Positions 49,801-60,651 of a stretch of DNA of 64,000 nucleotides are shown here, piece by piece (position 1 is the first letter of the stretch; each line of letters opens with the position of its first letter). The DNA comes from Hungatella effluvii (lineage in GTDB: Bacteria > Bacillota > Clostridia > Lachnospirales > Lachnospiraceae), in the NCBI RefSeq assembly GCF_003201875.1, contig NZ_QJKD01000012.1:1-64000 (forward strand), in the 5' to 3' direction. The notes under the pieces are model-generated. The model did no database searches. It was not told where the DNA came from and saw nothing but the letters and a program-made list of their open reading frames with translations. A program made the translations under genes and the position numbers.

Positions 49801-51377
49801 GTCATGGCAGCGCTGCTGTAATTGGAAGACAGATGAATCTGAACGCGTCCTCTCGAAAATAAATTCGACTGCGGCAGCTGGATCCGGATTATTCCTGTCT
49901 TGCCGTATGTACCTGATTCTGTCTGCTTTATATAGGACAGATTGCCGTTCAGTACGCTGTTTTCCGTATCAAGCGCCCGGACCGTTCCGAGGCCATTAAA
50001 CCAGGCCGCCTGCGCCTCTGTCTTTAAGGACAGCTTCACAGTGATCTCTCCATCGCCTGACTCGTTATCAATCAGTGCATCCGGGACGTAATAATCGGCC
50101 GGTATCTCAGCTGGTTTTTCGTCCCGCTTTCCTGTCAGGTCAAAGGTGGTACGCTTTGGTTCTGTGCGGACGTTACCATTGGCATCATACACGTCGAGAT
50201 AATAGTCAAAACCGGAAACCGGACCATTGGCTAGAATCGCTGCAGGGGCGGAATCTGCACTGCCGGCTTCAGGGGCCGCTGTCGCTGCTTTATTTCCGAT
50301 TCTTACCTTCTGCTCCTTATGGTCGCTCTTTCTTGCCACCGTAATCATCTCCGGATTTACTACGGTGCTTTCCCATTTAACAACAGTTCCATCGTCGTCC
50401 ACTCTGGTCAGTGACGCCGTAATATCCGTTCCATCAACAGAAACAGTATAGTCGTCAAGGGTTCCGTTTTCAAAGGTAACCACAACGTACTGTATCCAGC
50501 CCAGATCCAGAAGTTTCGTCTTCTGACTGTTTACCAGAGCGGCTTCCGGTGTTGTCTGTCCCTCGCCGCCGCTGCCGGATCCCGAACCGGAATCGGTACC
50601 GCCGTTGTCGCTACCGCCGCTGTTTCCACTATCGCTTCCGCCGCTGTTCCCACTTCCGCTTCCGCCACTATTCCCACTTCCGCTTCCGCCACTGTTCCCA
50701 CTTCCGCTTCCGCCACTGTTCCCACTGTCGCTTCCGCCACTACTTCCACTTCCACCGCTACTACTGCCACTTCCCCCCGCAGTCCTCGCGTCCGCCGCCT
50801 TCTGCTCCGTCGAAGGAATCCCCCGGCCAGCCTCATAATGGACGGTGCCGTCTTTTTCGGTCCATCGGCCATCGGCATTGGTCAGGAAACCGTCAGGCGT
50901 CATCTCACCCGCATACATTCTTCCCGTACTTCCGCCGCTTGTTTCCTCAAAATAGTAACAGTGCCCGTCTATCCACTGCCAGCCGGTCACTGCGCAGCCG
51001 AAGCTCCCGTCGTGAACTGTATTCATGAAAAACCAGTTCCGGTTCTCATCCTGAAACCACCCGGTACGCATCTGTCCGGCTGTCCCGTCCTTTTCCTGAT
51101 TAAAATAGTAGCTTTTTCCATCAATCTGCTGCCAGCCGGTACACATCTTCCCATCTGCCGGATTTAGATAATACCAGCCGGATTCGGTTTCAATCCATCC
51201 AGACACGGCATTCCCCGATGACTCATAATATTTCCAGTCCCCGCTCTCATACTGCCATGTGCCCTTTTTTATCTCTCCGGGTCCCGCCGCCCAGGCCGCC
51301 CCGGTCTGTGATATCATGCAGACCGCTGCCAGTACAGATATTGCTGATTTTCGAACCAGTTTCTTTTTTAGCATCAT
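46869..51377 (-). CDS. Large (1502 aa) secreted surface protein. Signal peptide, N-terminal choline-binding-type cell-wall-binding repeats, G/S-rich linker, three tandem ~100-aa repeat domains, C-terminal acidic (ETPEAGDGEGEKV)n tail
   Basis: CW_binding_1-like repeats (GWQQIDGKSYYF, GWFQDENRNWFFM, TGWQWIDGHCYYF). Repeated YRV(T/S/V)F..DE..(K)(A/E)(F/Y)LE...L(K/T)V(T/S)VNG..Y modules. No LPXTG. Confidence 0.7.
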   Translation of the reverse strand: MMLKKKLVRKSAISVLAAVCMISQTGAAWAAGPGEIKKGTWQYESGDWKYYESSGNAVSGWIETESGWYYLNPADGKMCTGWQQIDGKSYYFNQEKDGTAGQMRTGWFQDENRNWFFMNTVHDGSFGCAVTGWQWIDGHCYYFEETSGGSTGRMYAGEMTPDGFLTNADGRWTEKDGTVHYEAGRGIPSTEQKAADARTAGGSGSSSGGSGSSGGSDSGNSGGSGSGNSGGSGSGNSGGSGSGNSGGSDSGNSGGSDNGGTDSGSGSGSGGEGQTTPEAALVNSQKTKLLDLGWIQYVVVTFENGTLDDYTVSVDGTDITASLTRVDDDGTVVKWESTVVNPEMITVARKSDHKEQKVRIGNKAATAAPEAGSADSAPAAILANGPVSGFDYYLDVYDANGNVRTEPKRTTFDLTGKRDEKPAEIPADYYVPDALIDNESGDGEITVKLSLKTEAQAAWFNGLGTVRALDTENSVLNGNLSYIKQTESGTYGKTGIIRIQLPQSNLFSRGRVQIHLSSNYSSAAMTVPAHLVDNRLFTMQLNTLNTSPKPGECFAFVIKGPEGETFGTEILSPIYRVELTTPSGEVKTLKEISEWYEIGDMLHICGTNTEDEKVTKESGIYKVKVYADGYQTMTKSVEIRDGESRSGFNTLASVRSYGIDAISSASLGGGSGSSGDSGSSGSININAFLIFDQDLLANAMILNEIGIDNQASETVLSRWADMTPVSVMDGEAEELYDFISYLNAVKDAKLEDGKSLSFSEYAEMGAGLTKNRPYQVKRVLEDGLLGSTFRFNDVVGKKAPQLEGLEGALGNDIVIRCSVDPAYLSAVTALYLDDNAVQLRNDDYISQYSYDEAEGTLTIYATTKGTAGGTLQLTKGTHTLRLTAEGYQTANVVLKVDGSLEIFELSLANPNPAAGEESEDASVYYTGQDVPVIAACGESDEEQKEIRGDFMKHLTGITLKRPDGNSSMVTSETEGTIGGDDNYIRSDYGFILQKGLFEEAGKYTVTARAEGYTPKVLEFTIEKKADQGGQEEEIKKVPGVEAQEYVEAGFLSGSYYRVTFDATDETLLKAFLNSEDLKVTVNGTPYAKVLSGLYDDQTKSYKLSKDSSAVEKYLDLSTDGFTEKENRVVMEAKGFEKLEFVINAKDSAEGRKETPKIETFELVKDIFVSSGYYRVSFLAEDEDSLKEYLESRDLKVTVNGKTYQRTSMSFSDSDKQLFKVSGENGVMKYLDLTSDCFTEAENKVTVENEGYETLEFTIDSDENTAEKQTPQMKSYKYVEKSFLYADYYRVVFDTTDEKAAKEYLENEALTVSVNGAPYTRISMGIYDDSETSFKATRENGVVKYLDLSADGFSEGDNTVTLEADGYEVQEFIITVKEKSAAVDSADLAVTVPKDNPAEEENTGAQLPENGKDNGEGEGEKVETPEAGDEEGEKVEIPEAGDGEGEKVETPEAGDGEGEKAETPDTGEVDGEKIETPDTEDGKGEKIETPEAGNRDGAAAELP

Positions 51378-51654
51378 ACTTCCTCCTGTCTCTGTGATTA
51401 GTTATAGCTAACCGCATGAAACAGTATATCATTCTGCCTTTCTGGCTGTCAACGGATATAGTTAGTTGATACTAACCTATTTTTATCAGTAACGTTCTGC
51501 GCTGTTCCTTAACCGGATCCGTCAGAGGATGAAAACAGGGCCATGTCTGCAGCTTTACACCACTCAGACACAGCCCTGCGGCCTGCCGTCTCATATGCCC
51601 CTGTCTCCCCCGACACGGCTGCAATTAAAACGGCCCAGCCCGCGATCTATCTCA

Positions 51655-52266
51655 TCAATCTCTCCCCGAACTGTAAACAAATGCTCCCGGCACCGCCTTC
51701 GACGGGTCATAATTCTCCAGGATCTTTCTGTAACGCTCCTTATATCCGTTATCCACGTCAAGCTGTGGAATCACCTTTGCCCCTTCCTCAAAGAAATGGA
51801 TCGAACCGCGCCCCATCTCCTGGCCGCGCCTTGTGTGCTTGTCCAGCGCCACATCCAGGATCTCCGGTACTTTGCCCATGGCCGCCTCTTTAATGATGAT
51901 ATTCTTTAAATAATCACTGGAGCGGTCCTTCGTGCATGCGCAGAGAATTCTGATCGCATGGATAAAGAACATGGGCTGGTCGCCGTCGTCATAAGCGAAC
52001 TTCTTTCTCATTTCATCTAAGGTATTGATCTTTCCTGCCGCGTCCAGATCGCCGAATCCGATGTCTTCCACAGAGATCGACAGCAGGCGGTGCCATACCT
52101 TTTCCAGTAAGGCCGGGCCTGAGGTGTACAGCTCATACGCGTACTGACACGCTTCCTCCACCATTCCGCGGCGGATTGACTTCTGCAGACAGGAGATGAT
52201 CTCATCTGCTGCAAAACCATTCTTTGTCGTGGCATTTGCCCATATCGTGTAATTTGCCATCATCAT
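51655..52266 (-). CDS. Small soluble protein resembling the RarA/MgsA C-terminal (lid plus tetramerisation) domain, without an AAA+ module. Real start is ATGATGATG at 52266, overlapping the IIA stop
   Basis: ISCLQKSIRRG ... SISVEDIGFGDL ... PMFFIHAIRIL resembles the MgsA_C conserved blocks (hKSiRGSD ... sEDIGlAdP). The upstream 98 codons of the ORF-track ORF overlap the IIA gene in another frame. Confidence 0.4.
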   Translation of the reverse strand: MMMANYTIWANATTKNGFAADEIISCLQKSIRRGMVEEACQYAYELYTSGPALLEKVWHRLLSISVEDIGFGDLDAAGKINTLDEMRKKFAYDDGDQPMFFIHAIRILCACTKDRSSDYLKNIIIKEAAMGKVPEILDVALDKHTRRGQEMGRGSIHFFEEGAKVIPQLDVDNGYKERYRKILENYDPSKAVPGAFVYSSGRD

Positions 52267-52586
52267 GCTCCCTTCTGATTCGTATAGATTTCTATCAATT
52301 CTTCTACCAAAACGCGCACCAGCTCCGCCGACATGATCTGATCCTCTGCGTGAGACATTAGCAGGGTGATCTGCGGCTCCAGGGTGTTGACCTCTTTTAA
52401 CAGGATCTCGCCGTGCTGCTCGTGAGCCTGGCGGTAGAACTGCTCGCCTTCCCTGATTCTCGGCTCCACAAGCTCCCAGTTTCCTTTTTTCGCCTCCTGC
52501 AGCGCCTGCATATAACAGGACTTGGCACAGCCGGCATAGGTCACGATCTGCATTGCACATTCCGATAATTTCGTAACATCAGCCAT
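52263..52586 (-). CDS. PTS lactose/cellobiose-family EIIA
   Basis: 107 aa; three-helix EIIA-Lac/Cel pattern; conserved His in LLMSHAEDQ. Confidence 0.8.
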   Translation of the reverse strand: MADVTKLSECAMQIVTYAGCAKSCYMQALQEAKKGNWELVEPRIREGEQFYRQAHEQHGEILLKEVNTLEPQITLLMSHAEDQIMSAELVRVLVEELIEIYTNQKGA

Positions 52587-52600
52587 TTTTTAAGCCTTTC

Positions 52601-52900
52601 TTATGATTTTTTCAAAAGTCCCATCGCAAAATCCAGGGCTTTGTCGCCATCGGCCAGTGCATAGACCCTTGGTTCAATGCTTGCAACCGGTATGTTTAAG
52701 ATACTCTTTATGTTGTTTACCGCGTAAACCAGCTGTGGTCCGACCAGACACACGTCCCACTTACCAATTTCATCACTGATTCCCGCATTTGGCACCGCCT
52801 CACAGGTAAGCTCCATATTCCGCTTCTCAGCCGCTTCTCTCATTTTCTTCATAATGATAGAACTGCTCATTCCGGCGTTACAGCAAATTAATATTCTCAT
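52601..52900 (-). CDS. PTS lactose/cellobiose-family EIIB
   Basis: MRILICCNAGMSSS active-site Cys loop; 99 aa. Confidence 0.85.
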   Translation of the reverse strand: MRILICCNAGMSSSIIMKKMREAAEKRNMELTCEAVPNAGISDEIGKWDVCLVGPQLVYAVNNIKSILNIPVASIEPRVYALADGDKALDFAMGLLKKS

Positions 52901-52911
52901 ATTGCCTCCTC

Positions 52912-54285
<1,374 letters not shown>

Positions 54286-54309
54286 TTACTTATTGTCTTG
54301 AAAATGCCT

Positions 54310-56304
54310 CTAAAAAAGCTCAATGGAAGTGGATATTCTGATCAAGCGGTTCAAAAAGTCTTTTTCATCCGCTGCTTCATACAGTGTGTGGACCAGATTA
54401 TCATTCATGGCCACCTGCTTGAAGAACTCAAACAGAATGCTGACATCGTCATTGGGTCTTCCCTCGATAGCCAGAAGGAAGATGACCTTCACCGCTTTCT
54501 TACAGACTGTAATCGGCGGTTTCAAAATAGCAGCCGCAACCGCGGTCTCCTTTGCAAATGTCATAAGCGGATGCGGAATCATCACGGATTCCCCGATAAC
54601 GGTGGGGTAATTAATCTCCCGTGACAATACGTCTTCCACGTATTCTTCTACCGTCCCGATCTTATCCTGCTCTTTAAAACGCACGGAAAGCGTCTGTATA
54701 ACCGTCTCAAACGAGACCGTTCCATTCCATTCCGCCGAAGTGCTTTCTTTTGCAAAAATCTTTACGCACTGGGGATTAAAGTATTTATTTACGATAATAC
54801 TGAAGCGCCTGCTCACCCGCATGCGCCTGATAAAGCCATTCAGTGCGGAAAAATCCTGCTGGTTCGGTATTCCACTCACCCAGAACACGGGAATCTCCGT
54901 ATTCACTCTCTGTCCCTCCGTGGATATAACGAGGTCCACCGGCTGTTCCTTGGCGTACTGCTCCAGCTGGTGCTTCGGAAGGACCTTTACGATTTCAATC
55001 TGATTCTGGAAATGGTCGTTTAACCAGCTGCATACCATGGCGCAGACGCTCTGCCTGGGAGCGTTGATGATCACGGTCTTTAGCCGCCGGTTCACCTTTT
55101 CCAGGAAATAGGCCACATAAAGGGCCATATAGGCGATCTCTTCATCGCGGATCGGGATGTTCTTATATTTAAACATGATCGGGACGAGGAGAATCGCAAT
55201 TTCATAGGCATACGGATACTGTGTCTTGATATCCTGCAGAATGGGGTTGTCAATCCGGTAACCGGTATCGATCCTGCGGATTAAATACTCCAGATGAAGC
55301 GCCATATTGTCAAACAGCTCATCGGACTGGTGTAAGTCAAAGCTGTATTTATTCAGCACTTCCTGACAGAACTCATTTAAAATGACACTGCTCAAGGCGC
55401 TGGCCCTCGTATTCTCCTGGCTCTGAACGAGTCTTACGGAGTACAGGAATATCTTAAGGAGTGCTTCGTCACTCTCCGTCACTTCCAGTTTCAGCGCCTT
55501 CAAATGATACAGAAGATTGGTCAGAACCTCTACCGTAAATTCATCTGCCTTCACACCGGTGAGCTCGTGGCCCTGCCTTTTCCTCATAATAGTCGCATAA
55601 ACTGCATTTGCCACCATATAAAGACTGGCATCCGAAACCAATATCTCATGGCTGCCGAAATAATTTTTAACTGCATTTACAAAGTTTTCATACTCGCCGC
55701 GGTTATAAGCACCGCGAAACAGAAGTCCCAGATAATCACTGCCAAAATCCGTATGTGTCTGGACTTCGTATTTGATAATATTAAAAATGGATAATCGTAT
55801 CTTTTCTTCATTTTCCACGATCCGAAGCTGATTTCCCTCCAGATGCAGGGGACTGAAATCCATCTTATCCTCCAGCATCTTGCAAAGCTTCAGCACTTCT
55901 TCCCGCAGCGCCGTCTGGGATAAGAACAGTTCCTCCTCCAGATCGTATAAATTGCAGCTTTCCTCCTCCAGGACATGGCCCAGAATCGCGTAGCCACGGT
56001 TGTGGGGGGCGATGACATTAATCCTGTCATCGCCGCCTCTTAACACTGCCCGAAATTCCTCCATATCCCCCTGTGTGATATAGTATCCGATTCGTTTCGA
56101 GGCTTTAATGGAAGGGTAAGTCTTCCTTCCCTCCGTCTGGCAGAGTAGTTGATCGCCACTTAAGGCCGAATTTATCTGAAGAATATCGTTCCTGATGGTA
56201 CGGGAAGACACTCCAAAATATTTTGCCAGTTTATCACCTGTGATTCCTGACACATTATTCATGATATACTCTATGATCTCTATCTGCCTTTTTGTAAATA
56301 TCAT
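54310..56304 (-). CDS. PRD-domain transcriptional activator (HTH - 2x PRD - EIIB-like - EIIA-like; LicR/MtlR-like)
   Basis: N-terminal HTH and Mga-like region, central PRDs, C-terminal PTS regulatory domains; 664 aa. Confidence 0.8.
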   Translation of the reverse strand: MIFTKRQIEIIEYIMNNVSGITGDKLAKYFGVSSRTIRNDILQINSALSGDQLLCQTEGRKTYPSIKASKRIGYYITQGDMEEFRAVLRGGDDRINVIAPHNRGYAILGHVLEEESCNLYDLEEELFLSQTALREEVLKLCKMLEDKMDFSPLHLEGNQLRIVENEEKIRLSIFNIIKYEVQTHTDFGSDYLGLLFRGAYNRGEYENFVNAVKNYFGSHEILVSDASLYMVANAVYATIMRKRQGHELTGVKADEFTVEVLTNLLYHLKALKLEVTESDEALLKIFLYSVRLVQSQENTRASALSSVILNEFCQEVLNKYSFDLHQSDELFDNMALHLEYLIRRIDTGYRIDNPILQDIKTQYPYAYEIAILLVPIMFKYKNIPIRDEEIAYMALYVAYFLEKVNRRLKTVIINAPRQSVCAMVCSWLNDHFQNQIEIVKVLPKHQLEQYAKEQPVDLVISTEGQRVNTEIPVFWVSGIPNQQDFSALNGFIRRMRVSRRFSIIVNKYFNPQCVKIFAKESTSAEWNGTVSFETVIQTLSVRFKEQDKIGTVEEYVEDVLSREINYPTVIGESVMIPHPLMTFAKETAVAAAILKPPITVCKKAVKVIFLLAIEGRPNDDVSILFEFFKQVAMNDNLVHTLYEAADEKDFLNRLIRISTSIELF

Positions 56305-56311
56305 GTTCTGC

Positions 56312-57589
56312 TTACTCCGCTTCGCTCTGAGCTTCTCTCTTCAATTCGTCTTTTTCCATCATCTTGAAGAATGGGTAATAAATCAGTGCCATGAGAACCA
56401 ATGATACAAATACAAGAACTACACTTCTCCAGTCGTACGTCGTGAGGAATGCACCGACACCCGGAGGCAAAAATCCTGGAGGCGCTGCCACCGGATAGCC
56501 TACCAGTCCCATCTTCATACTAAAGTATGTAAGAACGGTAATGAGCAGCGGTCCGAACACAAACGGTATAAACATATACGGGTTAAGCAGAATCGGAAGT
56601 CCGAAGATAACCGGCTCATTGATGCCAAAAATAGATGGGACGAGTGATGCCACACCGATGGATTTAAATGACTTGGCCTTTGATCTCATCATAAAGAGGA
56701 CGAGCCCTAATGTCAATCCTGAACCTGCTACCTGAAGGAAATTATAGTACAGTCCATAGGTAAAAATGTGAGTGACCGGAGCACCCGACGCGTAGTTGGC
56801 CATGTTCTCTGCCTGGTAAGCAATTGCGAAAGCCGCCCACACCGCTGAGGTGATGGAAGGTCCGTGAAGGCCGAAGAACCATAAAAACTGTGTCAGGAAA
56901 ATGACGATCAACAGTGCAGGAAGTGTATCCATGGTGCTGATAGCCGGCGCTAAAAGCTTCATAATGGCTGCCGGGAACGCCAGGCCTGAAACTGCAATCG
57001 AAATATTGGCGATTGCAACCGCCACAATAACATTGACTACCAGAGGGATCAGGGAGGCGAAGCTCTCTCCTACCATCGGAGGTACAGAAGACGGAAGCTT
57101 GATAATTACATTGCGCTTAATCAGGAACCGCGTGATCTCCACACTCATAATACCGGAAATAATACTGGTAAAGAGCCCCGACGCACCTAAGAATTCGGTG
57201 CTGATTCCGCCTTCGATGGAAACTGCGGAAAGGATTAAGTGAACGATGATGGCCGTAATACCGGTCTGTGTGTTATGGGTTCCGTATCTCTTTGCCAGTG
57301 CCGTGGCGATGAAAAACGCCGCGAAGATTGACAGTAAGTCATTGGTAAAGCCTGCCGCGTACGTCAGCACACCCATGTGGGCAGAGATAAAATCGTGAAT
57401 AGGTCCTGAAGCGATTAAGTTGTTCAGTGCGATCGGCAGAAGACAGATCGATCCAATAATGATGACCGGAATGTCCGCGATCATACCGTCTTTGATTGCC
57501 TGAAGCCAGTTGTTTTTCTCTACCCAGTTGGCGACAGGCATCATGTACTTCATAAGCTTGTCCTGAAAACCTGAAGTTTTCTCGTTCAT
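56312..57589 (-). CDS. PTS lactose/cellobiose-family EIIC permease
   Basis: 10-TM EIIC-Lac/Cel pattern; 425 aa. Confidence 0.85.
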   Translation of the reverse strand: MNEKTSGFQDKLMKYMMPVANWVEKNNWLQAIKDGMIADIPVIIIGSICLLPIALNNLIASGPIHDFISAHMGVLTYAAGFTNDLLSIFAAFFIATALAKRYGTHNTQTGITAIIVHLILSAVSIEGGISTEFLGASGLFTSIISGIMSVEITRFLIKRNVIIKLPSSVPPMVGESFASLIPLVVNVIVAVAIANISIAVSGLAFPAAIMKLLAPAISTMDTLPALLIVIFLTQFLWFFGLHGPSITSAVWAAFAIAYQAENMANYASGAPVTHIFTYGLYYNFLQVAGSGLTLGLVLFMMRSKAKSFKSIGVASLVPSIFGINEPVIFGLPILLNPYMFIPFVFGPLLITVLTYFSMKMGLVGYPVAAPPGFLPPGVGAFLTTYDWRSVVLVFVSLVLMALIYYPFFKMMEKDELKREAQSEAE

Positions 57590-57839
57590 AAAGAAATTTC
57601 CCCCTTTGTGGTTTGTTCTTAAGGCCTTAATATTGTAACTAGAGTGTACATGATTTTGTCTGCTGCTGCAAACGGGGTTTTTCCTAAGTGTTAGGAAGCG
57701 AGTTTAACCGCCAAATAGCAAAATAAAGAGTCCGGCTCGCCGGACTCTCTCGCTGAAGCGCGGTCGCTTCAGCAGCCATATTTCCTTAGCGCGGAGTACG
57801 CATACCCGATAAAGCAGGGCACGCTGTTCAATCCTTCTC

Positions 57840-58787
57840 CTAACTTAAGTCCATTTCCACATCATCCCGGTTACACTCCAGATGATCCCCCGCCACAGTC
57901 AGCTCCGCCGCCTGCAGTGACGTCCTCCTGTGCCTGTATTCCCATACAAAATCCGGGTTATTCCGCTCCTCCCGGCCCACCTCCGGATGCGTAAAATAGA
58001 AGATATAGGCCCTGTCCTTATAAACCAGCACATCGGCATGGGCACCGATCGTCCCGTCGTCGGTTCTGCTGCCCGGCTGTACCAGAATATTGGGACAGCG
58101 GTCCCAGTGCTTCATATCGTCGCTTCTGTAAACCCCAAGTCCCTCCCACGGGTCGGTAATCATCCAGTAATGGTCTTTAAAGAAAAATACATTGGGGCCT
58201 TCATGAGGGCAGTCGGTAATTTCCGGTCCGCCTACCGTCCAGTAATACAGATCTTCACTGTACGCCGCATAGGTGTGACTATTATGTACTTCATCCTTAT
58301 ACCACATTTTCCATTTCCCATGCGGACAGGCCATCACACAGGCATCAATCACCCGGTCAGAGGAGAGAGAAAGCGGTCCTGCAAACGTCCAGTCCCACAG
58401 ATTCCGGCTGGTATAGTGGAGAATCGTTCTTGGGCAGTCCCACGTGGTTGGAATTCCTCTTACATACGACACATACATGTGGTAAATCCCCTCATGCAGG
58501 ACTATCTCCGGTGCCCAGTATGTATTTCTGCCCTTTTCATACTCAAGCCCCTGAGCAGTTCCCCTGTACGTCCATGTCTTCCCGTAATCATCAGAACTGG
58601 CAATCCCGATATCACTTCCGTGCATGTAGGAGAATCCATGATTCACCCCTGCCGCCCTTCTGTTTGTATAAAAAATCCACCAGTTCTGTTCCTGTTCGTT
58701 CCAGATAATGACCGGATCCGCGGCTCCATCGTATACCGGATCGCGAAACAGCGGTGCCTGTGGTATCACTCTGTTTTTCATGATCAA
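57840..58787 (-). CDS. Five-bladed beta-propeller glycoside hydrolase, GH43-like (GH43/GH117/GH130 fold)
   Basis: FRDPVYDGAADPVIIWNE...WWIFYT N-terminal blade with a catalytic Asp candidate; 315 aa, no signal peptide. Confidence 0.45.
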   Translation of the reverse strand: MIMKNRVIPQAPLFRDPVYDGAADPVIIWNEQEQNWWIFYTNRRAAGVNHGFSYMHGSDIGIASSDDYGKTWTYRGTAQGLEYEKGRNTYWAPEIVLHEGIYHMYVSYVRGIPTTWDCPRTILHYTSRNLWDWTFAGPLSLSSDRVIDACVMACPHGKWKMWYKDEVHNSHTYAAYSEDLYYWTVGGPEITDCPHEGPNVFFFKDHYWMITDPWEGLGVYRSDDMKHWDRCPNILVQPGSRTDDGTIGAHADVLVYKDRAYIFYFTHPEVGREERNNPDFVWEYRHRRTSLQAAELTVAGDHLECNRDDVEMDLS

Positions 58788-58838
58788 TCTCCCTTTTTAG
58801 TATTGTAATGATATAAGTGCGCCCTCTTCCGGGTACTC

Positions 58839-59672
58839 TTATCCTTTAACCGCTCCGCTGGTAATGCCGGCAATAATATGCTTTTGCATAGCCACATAGA
58901 AAATTGTAATCGGAATCAGCACTATCACCATCGTACAAAGCATCACGGTCCAGTTATTGGCAAACTGTCCGACTCCCTTATATACCTCCATAATTAATGT
59001 AAATTTATCTGAAGAACTGATAAACAGATACGGCAGCATAAAATCATTCCATATCCACATAACGTCAAAAATTATAATTGTCGTCGTCACCGGTTTCAGC
59101 AAAGGAAACACGATCCGCCAGAACAATTTCCAAAGGTTCGCACCGTCGATCAGCGCGGCTTCCTCTAAATCCTTTGGCACTCCACCTAAGAATCCCTGAT
59201 ACATAAACATGGCAAAATTACACCAGCTGGAGTACAGTACAATCATGCCTGCTACCGAATTCTGAAGCTTTAAAAAAGACATCAGGTTAAACATTGGAAT
59301 CAGCGTCGTCTGTACCGGAACCATGAATCCGACCAGAAAGTAAAAGAACAGAAACTGAGTCAGCCTGTTTTTTCTCCTGCTTATGGCATAGGAAGCCATG
59401 GAGCCTATGGATATAATAATCACAACTGAAACTACGGTAATTAGAATTGAATTGCGGAAGCTGCTCCAGAAATTGATGGTGTGGAGCGCCTCTTTATATA
59501 AGTCCAGAGTAAAACTTTTTATGGGGAGAGATAACGGTGACACAGTCGCTTCCCTGGCCGGTTTAAATGTATTGACGAGAAGATAATAAAACGGGATGAA
59601 AAAAATAACACAGACGCCAAGCATGGACGCTTCAGCCAGAATACCCTTTACACTCTTCTTTTTCACTACCAT
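58839..59672 (-). CDS. Carbohydrate ABC transporter permease (CUT1, MalG-type)
   Basis: TM pattern, EAA loop. Confidence 0.85.
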   Translation of the reverse strand: MVVKKKSVKGILAEASMLGVCVIFFIPFYYLLVNTFKPAREATVSPLSLPIKSFTLDLYKEALHTINFWSSFRNSILITVVSVVIIISIGSMASYAISRRKNRLTQFLFFYFLVGFMVPVQTTLIPMFNLMSFLKLQNSVAGMIVLYSSWCNFAMFMYQGFLGGVPKDLEEAALIDGANLWKLFWRIVFPLLKPVTTTIIIFDVMWIWNDFMLPYLFISSSDKFTLIMEVYKGVGQFANNWTVMLCTMVIVLIPITIFYVAMQKHIIAGITSGAVKG

Positions 59673-60563
59673 TTACTCCACCTCCCGCTTCTTCATAAGC
59701 TTTAACTGAATCACACTGACAATTGCAATAAAGACAAAGAAAATTGCCGACATGGCAGTTGCTTTTCCATAAGATTTTTCAACAAATCCAGTCTTAATAA
59801 TGATCTGTGAAACCAGAGTGGTTGACGTGCCAGGGCCTCCGCTGGTCAGCGCAAACGGCAGATCGTACAGTTTCATGGAATTTAAAAGCAGCAGCATAAC
59901 GCTGACGGTCATGGCCGAGGCCAGCATGGGAAAGGTAATATACCGGAATTTTTGCCATGCAGTCGCTCCATCCACATTAGCAGCTTCATAATACTCTGTT
60001 GGAATACTCTGAAGCTGAGCCAGATAGATGCAGGCATGCCAGCCGACGACACTCCATAAATTAACAAGAAGCACGGAGAACATCGCCCATTTCGGCACTG
60101 CCAGCCACATAACCGGATTGATCCCGAAGATTCCCAACAGCTTATTTAACAGCCCGTTGCCTGTAGGCGACAGAATATAAGACCACAGATAACCCAGAAT
60201 AATGGCGCTGGGAACTGATGGGAAAAAGAATACGGCTCTCTGGAGGTTTTTTGTTTTCATCCCGGAATTCAGCACCAGTGACAGCGGTATGGCAAAAACC
60301 GTCGTCACCAGAGGAAATACAATGCTGTAAAAACATGTATTCAGCAACGCGTTCTTCATCGAACGGTCCGCAAATACCATTTTAAAATTCTTAAGACCCG
60401 TGAAGCTTAAGTTGCTCATAGAGTAACCATCCCAGTTGGTAAAGGACAGGCCCAGTGTCTGAACCAGCGGTATCACGGTAAGTACCGTGTATACAATAAA
60501 CGCAGGCAGAATAAACAACAGATATGGCAGTTCTTTTCTCAGTTTAACCTTCATTTCAATCAT
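59673..60563 (-). CDS. Carbohydrate ABC transporter permease (CUT1, MalF-type)
   Basis: TM pattern, EAA loop EAANVDGATAWQ. Confidence 0.85.
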   Translation of the reverse strand: MIEMKVKLRKELPYLLFILPAFIVYTVLTVIPLVQTLGLSFTNWDGYSMSNLSFTGLKNFKMVFADRSMKNALLNTCFYSIVFPLVTTVFAIPLSLVLNSGMKTKNLQRAVFFFPSVPSAIILGYLWSYILSPTGNGLLNKLLGIFGINPVMWLAVPKWAMFSVLLVNLWSVVGWHACIYLAQLQSIPTEYYEAANVDGATAWQKFRYITFPMLASAMTVSVMLLLLNSMKLYDLPFALTSGGPGTSTTLVSQIIIKTGFVEKSYGKATAMSAIFFVFIAIVSVIQLKLMKKREVE

Positions 60564-60651
60564 CCTTTCATGAAAAATGGGTAGAAAAAGGGTGCTGCAA
60601 AAGGGTATGTTCCTTTTGCAGCACCCTTTTATAGCTCTTACATAATGAAAG

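Noticed and set aside
50549-51167. Plus-strand ORFs (159 aa, 77 aa, 109 aa) inside the large surface-protein gene
   Set aside because: Antisense to the Gly/Ser-rich repeat region; products are repetitive Pro/Leu/Arg/Phe strings (PLFPLPLPPLFPL...).
52267-52560. N-terminal 98 codons of the 301-aa ORF 51655..52560
   Set aside because: They overlap the PTS EIIA gene (52263-52586) in another frame and are Arg/Gly/Ala-rich low-complexity sequence. The real gene starts at ATGATGATG (52266).
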